A stretch of 64,000 nucleotides of DNA from Mobula hypostoma (lineage: Eukaryota), in NCBI RefSeq assembly GCF_963921235.1, contig NC_086098.1:235848001-235912000 (forward strand), given 5' to 3'. The notes below the pieces were generated by a model, which ran no database searches, was not told the origin of the DNA, and saw only the letters and a program-made list of their open reading frames with translations. This document shows positions 1 through 13,100 of this stretch, one piece after another. Both the position numbers and the translations under genes were made by a program. Position 1 is the first letter of the stretch, and each line of letters begins with the position of its first letter.

Positions 1-490
1 ATGCCACCCACCCCGAGCGCGCTGCAGTACAACATAACACAGACACAGACACAACACGGAGATAATTATTCAACTGCGAAGGAAATCAATTAAACTGTTT
101 AATCTAAGAATTAAACAGTGGATTTCAACAGCCTTATGTGCTGAAACCAGTAGCGCTAGCCTGAAGTACAATTCAAACTGTGAAGAATAGTCCCTTCACC
201 TACAATCTGTCCCACTCACCTACACATGGAGAGCAAAAGAGCGAACTTGTCCGGGCTGAGAAAATAACCGGACAGGACATTTAAAAAAAACACTTGCAGG
301 GATCTGCTAGGCACAGCACGGCTCCACACAGGTGGAATTCAGCTGGCCATTCACGGGGTGTCTCTCCCAAAGCGAACGATCCCGTCCTGGACACCACCTG
401 CTCCTTCTCCACATGAACACTGTCTGAGATGATGGACAGAGAAGCCCCCAATAGTGCACGGATATCTAACCAATTCCGTGCTGTCCCTGC

Positions 491-870
491 CCCGGTGTGT
501 GATGGGATAGTGCAGAGGGAGCTTCACTCTGCGTTTGACCCTGGAAGTGAGTGATGGGACCTTGAGGAGGGAGCTTCACTCCGTGTCTGACCCCGGGAGT
601 GTGTGATGGGATAGTGTAGAGGGAGCTTCACTCTGCGTTTGACCCTGGAAGTGAGTGATGGGACCTTGAGGAGGGAGCTTCACTCCGTGTCTGACCCCGG
701 GAGTGTGTGATGGGATAGTGTAGAGGGAGCTTCACTCTGTGCTTGACCCTGGGAGTGTGATGGGATAGTGTAGAGGGAGCTTCACTCCGTGTCTGACATC
801 AGGAGTGTGTGATGGGACGGTGAGGAGGGACCTTCACTCCGTGCCTGACCCTGGGAGTATGTGGAGGGGA
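491..870. repeat. Tandem repeat, about 49-bp unit (gtgtgatgggatagtgtagagggagcttcactctg..tgaccc)
   Basis: About 7 visible diverged copies. Confidence 0.85.
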
Positions 871-949
871 AGCTCGAGGTACCACCCATGCCCGCTGAAT
901 GATCCCTGTATTCAGCCACTGGCTGAGCTGAACTCTTCTCCTGTTGCAG

Positions 950-1143
950 AATCTGCCAGTATCGGCTCTGAACGGAACGGCTGTGGCCCAGCTCGGAGCG
1001 TTGCTGTGCGAATTCACGGGACAGAACATCTCGGACCTACCGGAAGCTGCCTTCAACGCCTCCATCCCACACTTCTGCAAGTGCAAACAATTCCACCCAA
1101 GTGCAGCCAGTAGCCTGCGTACTAGGCTGCTTGAAACGCTGGG
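950..1143 (+). CDS. Otoancorin-like exon (NLPVSALNGT...RLLETLG)
   Basis: ttgcag acceptor, GTGAGT donor, phase 0 to 2. Confidence 0.85.
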
Positions 1144-4100
1144 GTGAGTTCCCTTTCACGATCCGTAGGGGCGGGTGAGGGAGGGATGGGGGCCGCCATT
1201 CTTTCTGTGCCGCTGGACCAGGTTAGGCCGTGTGGCAACGAGTCCGCACGCCGAACTCTGGTGAGATGCTGCAATGGAAGGGCGGGAGCCGTTGTTGGTC
1301 ATAAGCGGGGTTTGCAAGGCGGACACATGGGTGGCGGCGGATGAGACTGTGTCTGTGTAACTCCAACAGATGGGAGAGATGTGACTAGAACTCTCCCCAT
1401 CTCAGTACCTACAGTTCCGGCCCCTACAACCCTCCCTTTTTCTATGACCTGTTCCGGTCCTTCCACCCGCCCCTCCCCGACGTCTCTAAGCCCCTCCGGC
1501 CTCTATATCCCTGCCCCTATCTATATGAACCCCTCCGGCTCCTATGTCCTTCCCCGTCTCCAATCCCACCAGCGACACAGTCCCCAAATCCCTGCTGCTT
1601 ACACCCCCTACCCTCACAGTTGTAGAGCTAACTACGAAGTTCCCTCCTTAACACACCGCTACCCCCCATCAGGACTTGAACTAGATGAAGCCTGCGTCTC
1701 TGCCGGAAGGGTCGGTCCCCCGCCCTGTCTTACAGTGAGACGCCCTCAGCTCTTTAGAAAGGCGCTCTTGTCTGTTCTGCGGCCAATAGTTATCTTCTGG
1801 TCCTTCCCAGAGCTTCATCTCAGTGGACGGTGGAGGTAGTGACCTCGCTCGGCTCCATGATAACCCTGCTAGACGAGCGCACCGTGCTACAGCTACCCAA
1901 CACGGTAAGTTCAGATCAGCGACCGGCATAACCTTCTAGCCCGCGGCTCGTCGGGAAGGACAACAGTGCTGTGTGGCAGGCGCAGGTCCTCAGCGTCTGC
2001 TCGGGAGGGGGCGATTCCGTCAACTGACACACCATAACACCAAGCAGCAGAACTCGGAGATGGGGAGTGGGCTTGGGGAGCATAGTTGTCGGCTCTTCTC
2101 AGGTTTACTATCACCGCATGTGTCGTGAAATTTGTTAACTTAGCAGCAGCAGGTCAATGCAATACATAATATAGAAGAAAATAATAAATAAGTAAACCAA
2201 TTACAGTATACGTACATTGAATTCTCGTGTACGTATTCTTCCTGAAAGGGTTAAGTTAGGAGGAGCATTTGATAGCCCTAGGCCTGTACTCACTGAAATT
2301 TAGAAGACTGAAGGGTGATCACATTGAAACGGGCCGCACTTGGAGGATTACGATCAGTTTTTGGTCCCTTATCGATGAAAAACCGTGCCGGCATTGGAGA
2401 AGGTCCGGAGGAGTTTCACAAGAATGATACCAGGACTGAAAGGGTTAATGCATGCGGGGCGTTGGATGGCTCTGGCTCTGGGCCTGTACTCGCTGGAGTT
2501 TAGAAGAATGGGGAGGAGGGGTGGGGTGGGAAAACTCATTGAAACCCATTATTGAAAGGCCCAGATTGAGATGTCTGTGCAGAGGATGTTCCCTATAGTG
2601 GAAGTGTCGAGGACTAGAGGTCACGGAATCTGAATAGAGAGGCTTCCATTTAGAACACAGATGAGGAGGGATTTCTTCAGCTAGCGTCTGGTGAGTCTCT
2701 CGAATTCTTTGCCACAGGTGGCTGTGGAGGCCAAGTCATTTTAGGTGGAGAGGGATAATAAATCAGCCGTGGGGGTGGGGCTGAACAGACCAATTCTGCT
2801 CCTATGTCTTATTGTCTAAAACCCAAACCTTTAAAATTCCCTGCTCCGGACTGGAAACATGTCCATGAAAACCAGGGACAAAATTGAGATGCTGGAAATC
2901 TGAAATGAGGTCAGAACAGGCAGAAGGGAGAAGTGGTTAACCCGCGATGGTTTCAATTGAAGTGATATCTGGCAGGAGAGTGGGGTTGAGAGGGGTGAAA
3001 AGCAGCCAGGATGGAATGGAGAGGCAGACTTGATGGGCTGCATGGCCTAATTCTACTCCTTTGCCTTACGGTCTTCCTCCCGTTGCGGGCTGTCCAGTCT
3101 GAAATGTTGAGTGGAAGGGGAGGAGGGAGTCGGCAATGAGCATGCTGAACAGTGTAGGGTTCGAGGGGCGAAAGGTCGTCTTCTGCCTGCGACCTTTTGA
3201 CTTAGAGTGCAGGTGGACAAGGACTGATTGGGTGTTACTTGAGGGATTTTTCTGTGCCGTCACCGTGCTGAGGGGTTTTTCGGGTGAAAGAGCTTGGCAG
3301 GAAATCCCAGGTAATCCACTACTTCACAATCTGACGCGTTTTTTTCCCGTTGCAGAGTGATATTAAGGAAGCTCTGTCGGAGTTCGTGGCCTCCCAGCCT
3401 AAACAGAGCACAGGCACCTCCACCGAATTCCTGACCGGATTCAACCTCTCTAACGTTGAGAAAAAGATCTTCCAGATCCTCAGGGAGGAGTCAACAGCGG
3501 CAGCGGCTAGCTCACGCAGGAGACGGGCAGGTGAGGCTCCCCGTTTCCCTGCCCCCTCTGTCTCCCCGGCAGTCTGGGATCAACACCTCCCGTGTTCCGC
3601 CACTTGCTCCGTCGTTCATTACGATTACGATGGTGACATGTCCACCTTCAGCAGGTCCCCATATCTCTGTATGCTAAATCCGTCTTACTAACCACTGCCA
3701 TTGACTCGGCTTCGACAGCCCTCTGCAGGTCGCCAGCGTTAAATTGCACGGAAGCAGGCCCGTCCACCCCACACGTACATACCAGCCAAGCGGTTCAACT
3801 GCGCCAGATGCATTTGAAACAGGTTTACTTTCACTGAATGTCGTGATTTTTTTTTGTGTGTGACAGCCTCTGTAAAGTGTAATATATAAATTATACTAAT
3901 CATAGGAATATTTTTTTTAAATATTAAGTAGGTAGCGTAAAAACAGAACAAAAATAGTGAGGTAGTTGTCCATTCGGAAATCTAATGGTGGAAGGGAAGA
4001 AGCTGGTGTGGGTCTTCAGGCTCCCTGATGGAGGCAATGAAAGAGGATTTGTTCTGGATGACGAGGGCTCTACATCTCTCCATGATGGATGCCGCCCTTT

Positions 4101-7100
4101 TGAGGCATCGCCTTTTGAAGGTGTCCTGGACGCTGGAGAGGCTAGTGCCCATGATGGAGCTGGCTGAGTTTACAACTCTTTCTGAGCCTGTGCTTTCCTT
4201 ACCAGACAGTGAGAATGCTCTCCACGACAGCTGAGTTGAAAAGGGCAAGTGGCGGCAGTGACATACCAAATCTCCTCAACCTCAGCCACTGTACCTACTT
4301 CGTAATTGGATCAATACGTTGGGCCCAGATGAGATCCTCAGATGCTGTCACACAGGAATTTGATCATAACAAATATGAGTTAACATAAACAGTCACAGTA
4401 ATTATAAATAATTTATAGGTACACAACAATAACAGAATAAACATAAAGACATTCGTTCAAGTTGAGAAAGGGGGGAAAAATGAATTCAATCCGAGGTGTT
4501 TTAGGATTTTTTTCCGGCCAGGAACCTGATGGCAGTTGTCACATTCTGTGCTGGTAATATCGGAACACAACGCGGAGGGAAGACTCCAACGGAAAAACGA
4601 CGGCCAGAGTTTATTTATAAGAATGACAACAGAACATCGACGGCTGGCCAGAGCGACACGACGAAACGTAACACTCTCAAAACTAGGACCCTGCAATGAT
4701 CGCTAATCGGCCATTCGTTTAAATAATACGAGGAACATGGAAGTTCCCGATCTTGTGAGCGTAAACTTAAGTTTAAACACAAAGCACCAGGAGACCACAT
4801 TACAAAGATTTAGTCACTCGAGAAAAACACAATGAACTTCGAATGGTGGTGACTATCGTTAAACAACAATTAACCAATTCAGGTGCTGTAAACACCCCGG
4901 AACCAACGTTCTCCAGCACCCTTCGTAGGCCCGAGGAGCTCATTACAGTACCGAGTGATGCAGGCACGGAAGTGACCTCAAGTTCAAGTTCAGTTTATTG
5001 TCATCCACCCGCACACATGTGTACCAACCAATGAAACCGTGTTCCTCCAGACTAAGATGCACAACACAGTACAAATAACTCGCACATAATCCATAAAGTA
5101 ATATTAGCAAAATAATTTAACAACTAATAAGGTGCACATACACCCTGGGGCCGGGGGGAGAGTGGATGAAGCTGTATCCCATTCGAAGAGCATATTATAA
5201 TGTGGTACCTCCTGCTCGATAGTAAGGAGAACTGAGAGTGAACGGGGTGGGGGGGGGTAATCTAAGAGAGGGAGCTGGCGGGAAGTGGGGCTGGGGGAGG
5301 AGGAGGAGCCACGTGACTGCAGACAACTGCTATGGAGCCTGTATCACAGCCGACACTGACCGTTGATTTCTCCGCCTCAGCAGATTCCTGCACCGTGCTG
5401 CCGAGCACCGAGGAAATACGGGAGCTGGGGGAGGCCAACAGCCAGTGGAGCACGGGTCAGCTGGCGTGCATGACCACCCAGACTTTCGCCGACTCAGTCG
5501 ATATACTGGGGACGGTCAGCGGTTTCTCCCGAGAGCAATGCTTGGCTCTAAAGAACAAGGCCATTGAGGTAGTAACGGTGGGCTGGGTACCCGGGGTCCA
5601 AACCGGCGTAGGCAGGGAGATGCTGTGTCAGCATCACCTATCCACGGCGCTCCTCACCCCTCGGCGCACCCATGACAACTGATGAAAAGTCTTGCCCAAA
5701 ACTGTTCACAGCGCTCAAGATGAGGCCTCACCAGTGCCTTAGAAAGCCTCAGCATCATATGCCTTTTCCATAGATGCTGCCTGGTCTGCTGAGTTCCTAC
5801 AGCATTTTGTATGTGTTGGTTTGCATTTCCAGCATCTGCCGATTTTCTCGTGCCCATGACAACATCTCCTCTTGGCGCTCTCCCGGCGCCATCACGTCCT
5901 CCCTGTCTCTACACCTCTGATGCTATCCCCTCCCCTTCGGCGCTTTCGCAGTGTTTTACCCTCCTACTCCCCCTCTTCGGCGCCCCACCCCCGTGCCACA
6001 GCCTTCCACAACCGCCTCGGTGCTCCCTCGGCCACGCACCCACCTCCATTCCCTCTACACGTCCAAGGCGCCGGCGCCCTTCTTCTTTCCCTCCGCGCTC
6101 CCCGATCCCCAGCTCCTCCCACCCGCGGCGCTCCCTCACTGTAATGGTGGATGTGCGGTGGAGAGGGGGATCACAGCGGGTGTGTCCGTGTTGCAGACGT
6201 GGGGCGCAGTGTCCAGTTTCAGCCCTGACAACATCGCGGCCCTGAACTGCATCCTGACCATGATGTCCGCCAGCGAGCTCCGCTCCATGGACCTGGGCAC
6301 CATCGATACCCTGGCCGCCGTCTCGGCCTGTCCCACCTGGACCCAGGAGCAGGTAATTCCCGACTCTAAGCTGCGCTCCCACGCAGACATGTCCTGCAGC
6401 AGTTACTGACGGTCAGTGGGTGGAAGGGCGGCGTGTGGAGAGTGAATCTGAAGACGAGGAGGAGTGAGAGGGAAGAGGGTACTCTTTTACCGAGGGAACC
6501 CTAGGCTGTGGGTGGACGAGGGGTAAAAGGTGTGTGCGTCTGGGAGGGAAGAGGCGGCCGGGGACTGATTGATGGAGAGGACATCGGACATTGCACTCTG
6601 TGGAGGGAGAGCCACATATCACAAGTGACCCGGACGCACTGTCAGTCGGCGAGTAGTCATTAGTACACACTGCTGGAACGGAAATTCCTAGGATGGAATT
6701 GTGGGCGTGGGAGGGGGAACATTTCAACTACTGAAATGGTAGCGTAGCGGTTAGCGCGACGCTATTATAGCTCGTATGTAAACGTCTCGGAGTTGATCAG
6801 TGCCCAAGGACGGGGGTTTCCGCTGTCCGTCAGAGTCCATGGTTAGAGCGAGGGGGATCGGGTCAGTAGAGAAACATGACTGTACACCCGTAGTGTTGTA
6901 AGGGACGGGGAGGGGTGAGTTGCTGGGATAACCCTGTGCCCTCTTTCGGTATTGATTAACCCGTTCCCCGTGGACCACAGCGGAAGGCTGTTGTGGAAAG
7001 ATATCTGGCGCTCAGCGGGACCACTGCGGCCTCGTTGGGATCCCTCGAGCTCATCGGCCTGGGGAGCTTTGCCTGCGCCATGAACGCGACCTTCATCTCA

Positions 7101-10100
7101 CAGCTACAGCAGGAAGAATTCAGGTGAGACACCATCCCCCAGGACTCGTCACCCCGCCCCCCTCTTCCCCGCTCCCTACTCTCTCAGCTCCTCCCCCTCC
7201 TCATCCAGCCAGTACACCTCCGCACCCCATCCACAGGCCCGACACTCTCACTCTTACCCCATCTCCTCCTCTCACAGCTCCTACACTCTTCCAGGCCTCT
7301 ATCCCGCCACACTCCACGTCCGACAACGTACCCCTCCCCGAGCTCGTCCCTTTCCTCAGAACACCGGTCCTCCTCAGTCCATAGGTTCACCCTCACCACT
7401 CCCACAGATTCTCTCCCTTCCCCCTACCCCAGGCCAACACTCCGGACCCCTCCCACAGCTCCTCTCCCTTCCCTTGCCCCAGGCCAACACTCCGGACACC
7501 TCCCACACCTCCTCTAACTTCCCCTGCACCAGGCTAACACCCCTAATCCTCCTCGCACCTCACCCTCCTCCAACCCTTCCCTTCATCCAGATCTCCTTTG
7601 CCCGTTCCCTCCTCCCCAGATTCTCTCACCCCTTTCAGCAACTTAGCACCTCCCTTGCCCCTCCCTTTTCCGTCCCTCTCCGGCACTTTCCTTCCCGCCC
7701 CAGCCCCACCCCTCCTGTGCCAGGTAGGACGGATTAGCGCTTCACCAGCTTTTTAATCCCAACCGTTCCCTATAGGTCATACGCGGGAACAGGACACCGG
7801 CCGGACAGTTGCCAATGTCTTCCCTCCGACCATTGAAAAATCGGGGTCTGGGTCACCCGTGTCACTTGCTGAATTTCTTCTCGTCTTCACATCCACTCTG
7901 TCGAGGCCTTTCAATATTGGATCGGTTTCAATTAGATCAACCCCGCCCCCCCCCCCCCCCCCACCACCACCATCACCACCATTCTTCTGAATTCTAGTGA
8001 GTAGAGGTCCAGAGCCATCAAACGCATTTCATATGACAAGCCTTTTAATCCAGGAATCATTTTCGTCAACCCCCTTTGAACCCTCTCCAATGTCAGCACC
8101 TCATTCCTTAGATAAGGGGCTCAAACTATAGACTCCCTACTTCCTGCAAGCTACGCGCCCTTCCACCCGTCTTTGTATCCTCGAAACTTGGCCACAACGC
8201 CATCAATTCCGTCATCCAAGTCATTCATATATATAACGTAAGACAGACCTATGTGGAACACCACTGGTTACCGGCAGCCAAACAGAAAAGCTTCCTTTAT
8301 TCCCACTCTTTACCTCCTGCCAAACGGCCAGTGCCTTATCGATGATAGTATTTTCCCTGTAACAACACGGGCTCTTAACCTGTTAAGCAGCCTCATGTGT
8401 AGCACTTTATGAAAGACCTTATGATTATGCGTACACAACATCCACCTGTTACCCTTTGTCTATCCTACTTGCCATTTTTTCCAAAGAATTTCAACGAATT
8501 CGTCAGGCAAGATTTTCCTATTCTATTATTTGCCTCCAAGTACCTCAAAACCACATCCTCAACAATCGACTCCAAAATCTTCCCAATCACTGAGGTCAGA
8601 CTAATGGGCCTATCATTTTCTTTTTCTGTCTCTTCGTTTTTGAAGAGTGAAGTGATATTTGCAATTTTTCAATCCTCCGGAACCATGCCAGAATCAATTG
8701 ATTCTTAAAAGATTTTTACTAATGCCTCCACAACCTCTTGCCTCCTTCAGCTCCCTGGGCTGTATACCATCTGTTCCACTTGACCTATCCACCTTTAGAG
8801 TTTTCATTTCCCATGACTGTCCTCCCTCGTAAAGGCAACTTCACCATTTCTACCCCTGACACTCTGGAACTTCCAGCATATTGCTAGTGTCTTCCACAGT
8901 GAAGTTATTCAGTTCATCTGCAATTTCCTGTCCCCCTATTACTACCTCTGCAGTATTATTTTCCAGTGGTCCGATATCTATTCTCGCCCCTCGTTTACAC
9001 TTTATGTATTAGAAGGAACTTTTGGTATCCTCTTTAATATTATTGGCTAGCTTACCTACCTATTCCATCTTGTGCTTCTTTACGAATTTTTAGTTGCCTT
9101 CTGTTGGTTTTTAAAAGCTTCCTAATCCTCTAATTTCTCGCTAATGTTTGCTCAGTTATATGCCATATGTTTGGCTTTTATGTTGGCTTAGAGTTCTCTT
9201 GTCAACCACGCTTGTGGCATGCTGCCTTTAGAACGCTTCTTCCTCTTTAGGATGTATATATCTTGCGCCTTCTGAATTGATCCCACAAATTCCAACCATT
9301 GTTGCTCTGTCATCATACCTGCCCGAGTTCTTTTCGAACCAATTTTGGCCAGCTCCCCTCTCATGCCTCCGTAATTCCCTTTATTCCACTACACTACCTA
9401 TACATCTGACTTTAACTTCTCCTGAAATTTCAGGGTGAATTCGATCATACTATGATCACTGTCTCCTAAGGGTTCGTTTACCTTAGGCTCTCTAATCAAT
9501 TCCAGTTCATTGCATAGGGCCCTATACAGAATAGCTGATCCATCAGTGGGCTCAACCACAAGATGCTCTAAAAAGACACCTTGTAGGCATTCTCCAAATT
9601 CTCTCTTGGGATCCAGCACCAACCTGATTTTTCCAATTTTGGGATATTGAAATCCTCTATGACTTTACCCTTTTGTCATGCAATTTCTACCTCCCGTTGT
9701 AATTTGTAGACCACATTTTTACTACTGTTCGGGGGTCTGTATGTAACTCCTGTCAGGTTTTAAAACCTTGCAGTTCCTTAGCTCTAACAACAGGAATTCT
9801 GCAGATGCTGGAAATTCAAGCAACACACATCAAAGTTGCTGGTGAACGCAGCAGGCCAGGCAGCATCGTTCCTTAGCTCTATCCACAACGATTTACACAT
9901 TCGAACACTATGGGAACTTTTCTAATGATTTCATTTCTTTTTTTTATTTTGCTAACCGTGTCACGCCACCCACTCTGTCTACCATTCTGTCCTTTCGATA
10001 CAATGTGTATCCTTGGACATTAATGTCCCAGCTCTAATTTACTCTCAGCCACGATTCAGTGATGCCCACAACATCTTAGATGCCAATCTGTAACTGTGCA

Positions 10101-13100
10101 CCTTATTCCGTATACGGCGCGCATTCAAATATAGCATCTCAAGTCCTGTATTCACCCTTTTCGATTTTGTCTGCCTTTTGCATTGCAACTCAATGTGGAC
10201 ACAAGTATGTGAGATTGGTAATCTCACTGATCCCTTCAGTTGTTAGAGACGCTGGTGGCACCAATCCCGTCCACACCGATCTCCTCTGGTATGAGAGATG
10301 TTGGCGACCCCACCGATACCGATCCGCCTGTTCTGCCTGCTAACATCCCCACCGATCTGCGTCTGCCTGCACCGCCCGGCTACTTCCACATCCATCCCTA
10401 TGCGTCTGCCTCGCCGAGCCCTATCCACACTTCCCACAGCCTCCATTACATCTGTTCTCGAAGCTTCTCTGCTCACAAAAGACACGCCTACTCCCACCTT
10501 TCAGCCCATCTGCTGCTCCCACTTTCTCTCTTCAACCCACACACCAGGAACACTCTGTCCGGGCCTCAACAATCACGTGGGGGTGGTGGTGGTGAGGCTG
10601 GGAGGGTGAGGTGGGGGTGGTGAGGCTGGGAGGGTGAGGTGGTGGTGGTGAGGCTGGGAGGGTGAGGTGGTGGTGGTGAGGCTGGGAGGGTAGGGTGGGA
10701 GGGTGAGGCTGGGAGGGTGAGGTGGGAACACTTCCCTGCCACTGTACTTGGTATGAAGGAGGAAGGAGGAAGGAGGGAGCTTCATTGACAGACTGTGCGG
10801 CTCAGTGGGGTTGTCCTCCCCTGTAACAGAGTAGCAGCTGGGAGCCTGGGGCAGCAGGCGTGTGGCCCCGAGACCCTGGACGCACTGAAGGACAGAGCAG
10901 TGAATGTTTTCGGCCCCATCACCAGCTGGGAGGCGGAGGACATGGCGGAGATGGGCGCTATCGTTGGTAAGCTTAACATCCCCCGCTCTACTCCGGACTC
11001 CTAGCCAGACCGTTTAATCCGGTTCCTGCAGAGCGTGAGAGAGGCTGCGTAGAAGGAGCGTCGTGATGCGGGAGGGGTAGTGAGGAAGGAGTGTCGCGCT
11101 GTGGGAGGGGTAGTGAGGAAGGAGTGTCGCGCTGTGGGAGGGGTAGTGAGGAAGGAGTGTCGCGCTGTGGGAGGGGTAGTGAGGAAGGAGTGTCGCGCTG
11201 TGGGAGGGGTAGTGAGGAAGGAGTGTCGCGCTGTGGGAGGGTGATGAGGAGGGAACGCGTGTTACGGAAGGGGAGGTGGTGAGCAGCACAGCGGGAGAGA
11301 AAGCGGAAGTGCCGTGCTGTGGAAGGGACTGTAAGGATGGAACGCGACGCTGTTGCAACGGGGGCGAGGAGGGAGCGTCGCCTTCCGGGAACGGCGGCGA
11401 AGAGAGGGCCGTGCTATCGATGAGTGGTGAAGGGGGTGTGCCAAGCTGTTGAAGAGACGGCGGCAGGAAGGAGTGCCAGGTTGAGGGAGGGGGCTGGTGG
11501 AGAGGAGAGGAGGGAGCACCGTGAATGTGCGAGGAGAGTGTACCGTGTCAAGGGAGGGACAGCGAGGAGGGAGCGCAGCACTACCGACAAGAGCTGCGAA
11601 GGGGCGGGGGGGGGGGGGGGCAACGCCGTGCTGTATTGGGGCGGAGAGGAGTGAGTGCCGCGCCGGGGGCTGCGGCTGAAAGATTGAGGGGGAGGTGTGG
11701 AAGAGAGGAGAGCGTGCCGTGGGAGGCGAGGAGAGAGAAACGCGCCGGGGGCTGCGAGGTGAGGTGGAAGGACTGCGCCGCGTGAAAGGAAGGAACACCG
11801 CGTATCATGAGCGGTGAGGAGGGGGCTTCGCGCTAGAGGTGAAGATTTGAGAAAGGTGCGCGCGGCGATGGAGAGAGGCGGATGAGGGAGCGCCGTGTTG
11901 AAGGAAGGGCGAGGAGGGAGCGCCGCGTTGTGGTAGGGCCTGCGTGGACGCAGCGCTGTGGAGGGAGACGAGGTGAGGAAGAAGCACCAGAGCGCCGGAG
12001 AGGCGGCGAGGAGGGAGCGCCGCGTTGAGGGAAGGGGGCGAGGAGGGAGCGGTGCGCGAGAACCATAATGAGCTGCTCAATGCGACCCTGTGGCTATAAT
12101 ATGAAACCGATATTTATCCGAACCCCAAGACCACCGAGTTAAACGGGTAACAGGCTCAGGTCTCTACACTCCCCCCCCCCCCCCAAGAGTGAGGGACACC
12201 CGGATCGAAGGACCGGACTTTGACCGAGACCCTGGTGCGGGACGGTGTGTGTAGTGAGGTAGCAGGAGAAGGTAGTGCCTCATCCCACTAATCAATACAA
12301 CGCCATATCCTACAGCTGGAGCGAGCGCTGAGGAGCTGAGCGAGTTGGATCCAAAAGTGATGCCCTTCATCTGCAGCCAGGCTGTGAGCCTTATCCCACC
12401 CGACAGGTTCAAGGTGAGTGCCTGCGGGGTAATATGTCGGCCGAGGGGATTAGCCGCGGAATGGTTCACTGTGGGCGCCTGTGTCGGATGAACTGGACGC
12501 CGACGATCCCAGTTCCCACCCGCCGAACTGTTGGGGTCACACGCTGCCAAGTGTGAGGCTTCTTAGTCCATAAGACACAGCAGCAAAATTAGGTCATTCG
12601 ATCCATTCCACTTTTTGATCGTGGCTGATTTATTATCTCTCTCAACCCAATTCTCCCGCCTTCTCCTTGTAACCTTTGACGCCCTGATTAATCTAGAACC
12701 TATCAATCTCTGCTTTAAGTACACCCAATGACTTGGCCTTCTTAGCCCTCTGTGGCAATGAATTGGCTAAAGAAAATCCTTCTTATCTCTGTTGGAAATG
12801 GTCGTCCCTCTATTCTGAGGGTTTGCCCTCTGATCCTAGACTCTCCCACTATAGAATTCATCCTCTCCAATCCACTCTGTCTAGGCTTTTAAATATTCGC
12901 GAGATTCCCAGCCTTCCATTCTCCTAGAGTTCAGCGAGTCTATGCCCAGAGTCATCAAACGCTCCATATAAATTAACCCTCTCATTCCCAGAATGATTCT
13001 CACGAACCCCCTTTGGACCCACTCCAGTGCCACACATTCTTTGTTAGTCAAGGGGCCCAAAACTGCTCGCAAAACTCCAATTGCGCTCACCAATGCCTTA

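Noticed and set aside
491-870. CRISPR-like array
   Set aside because: The units are contiguous tandem repeats with no unique spacers, in a vertebrate context.
3181-3310. Candidate extra otoancorin exon ending cccag|gtaatc
   Set aside because: It would leave a 45-nt intron, and the phase-bridging exon was found at 1811-1904.
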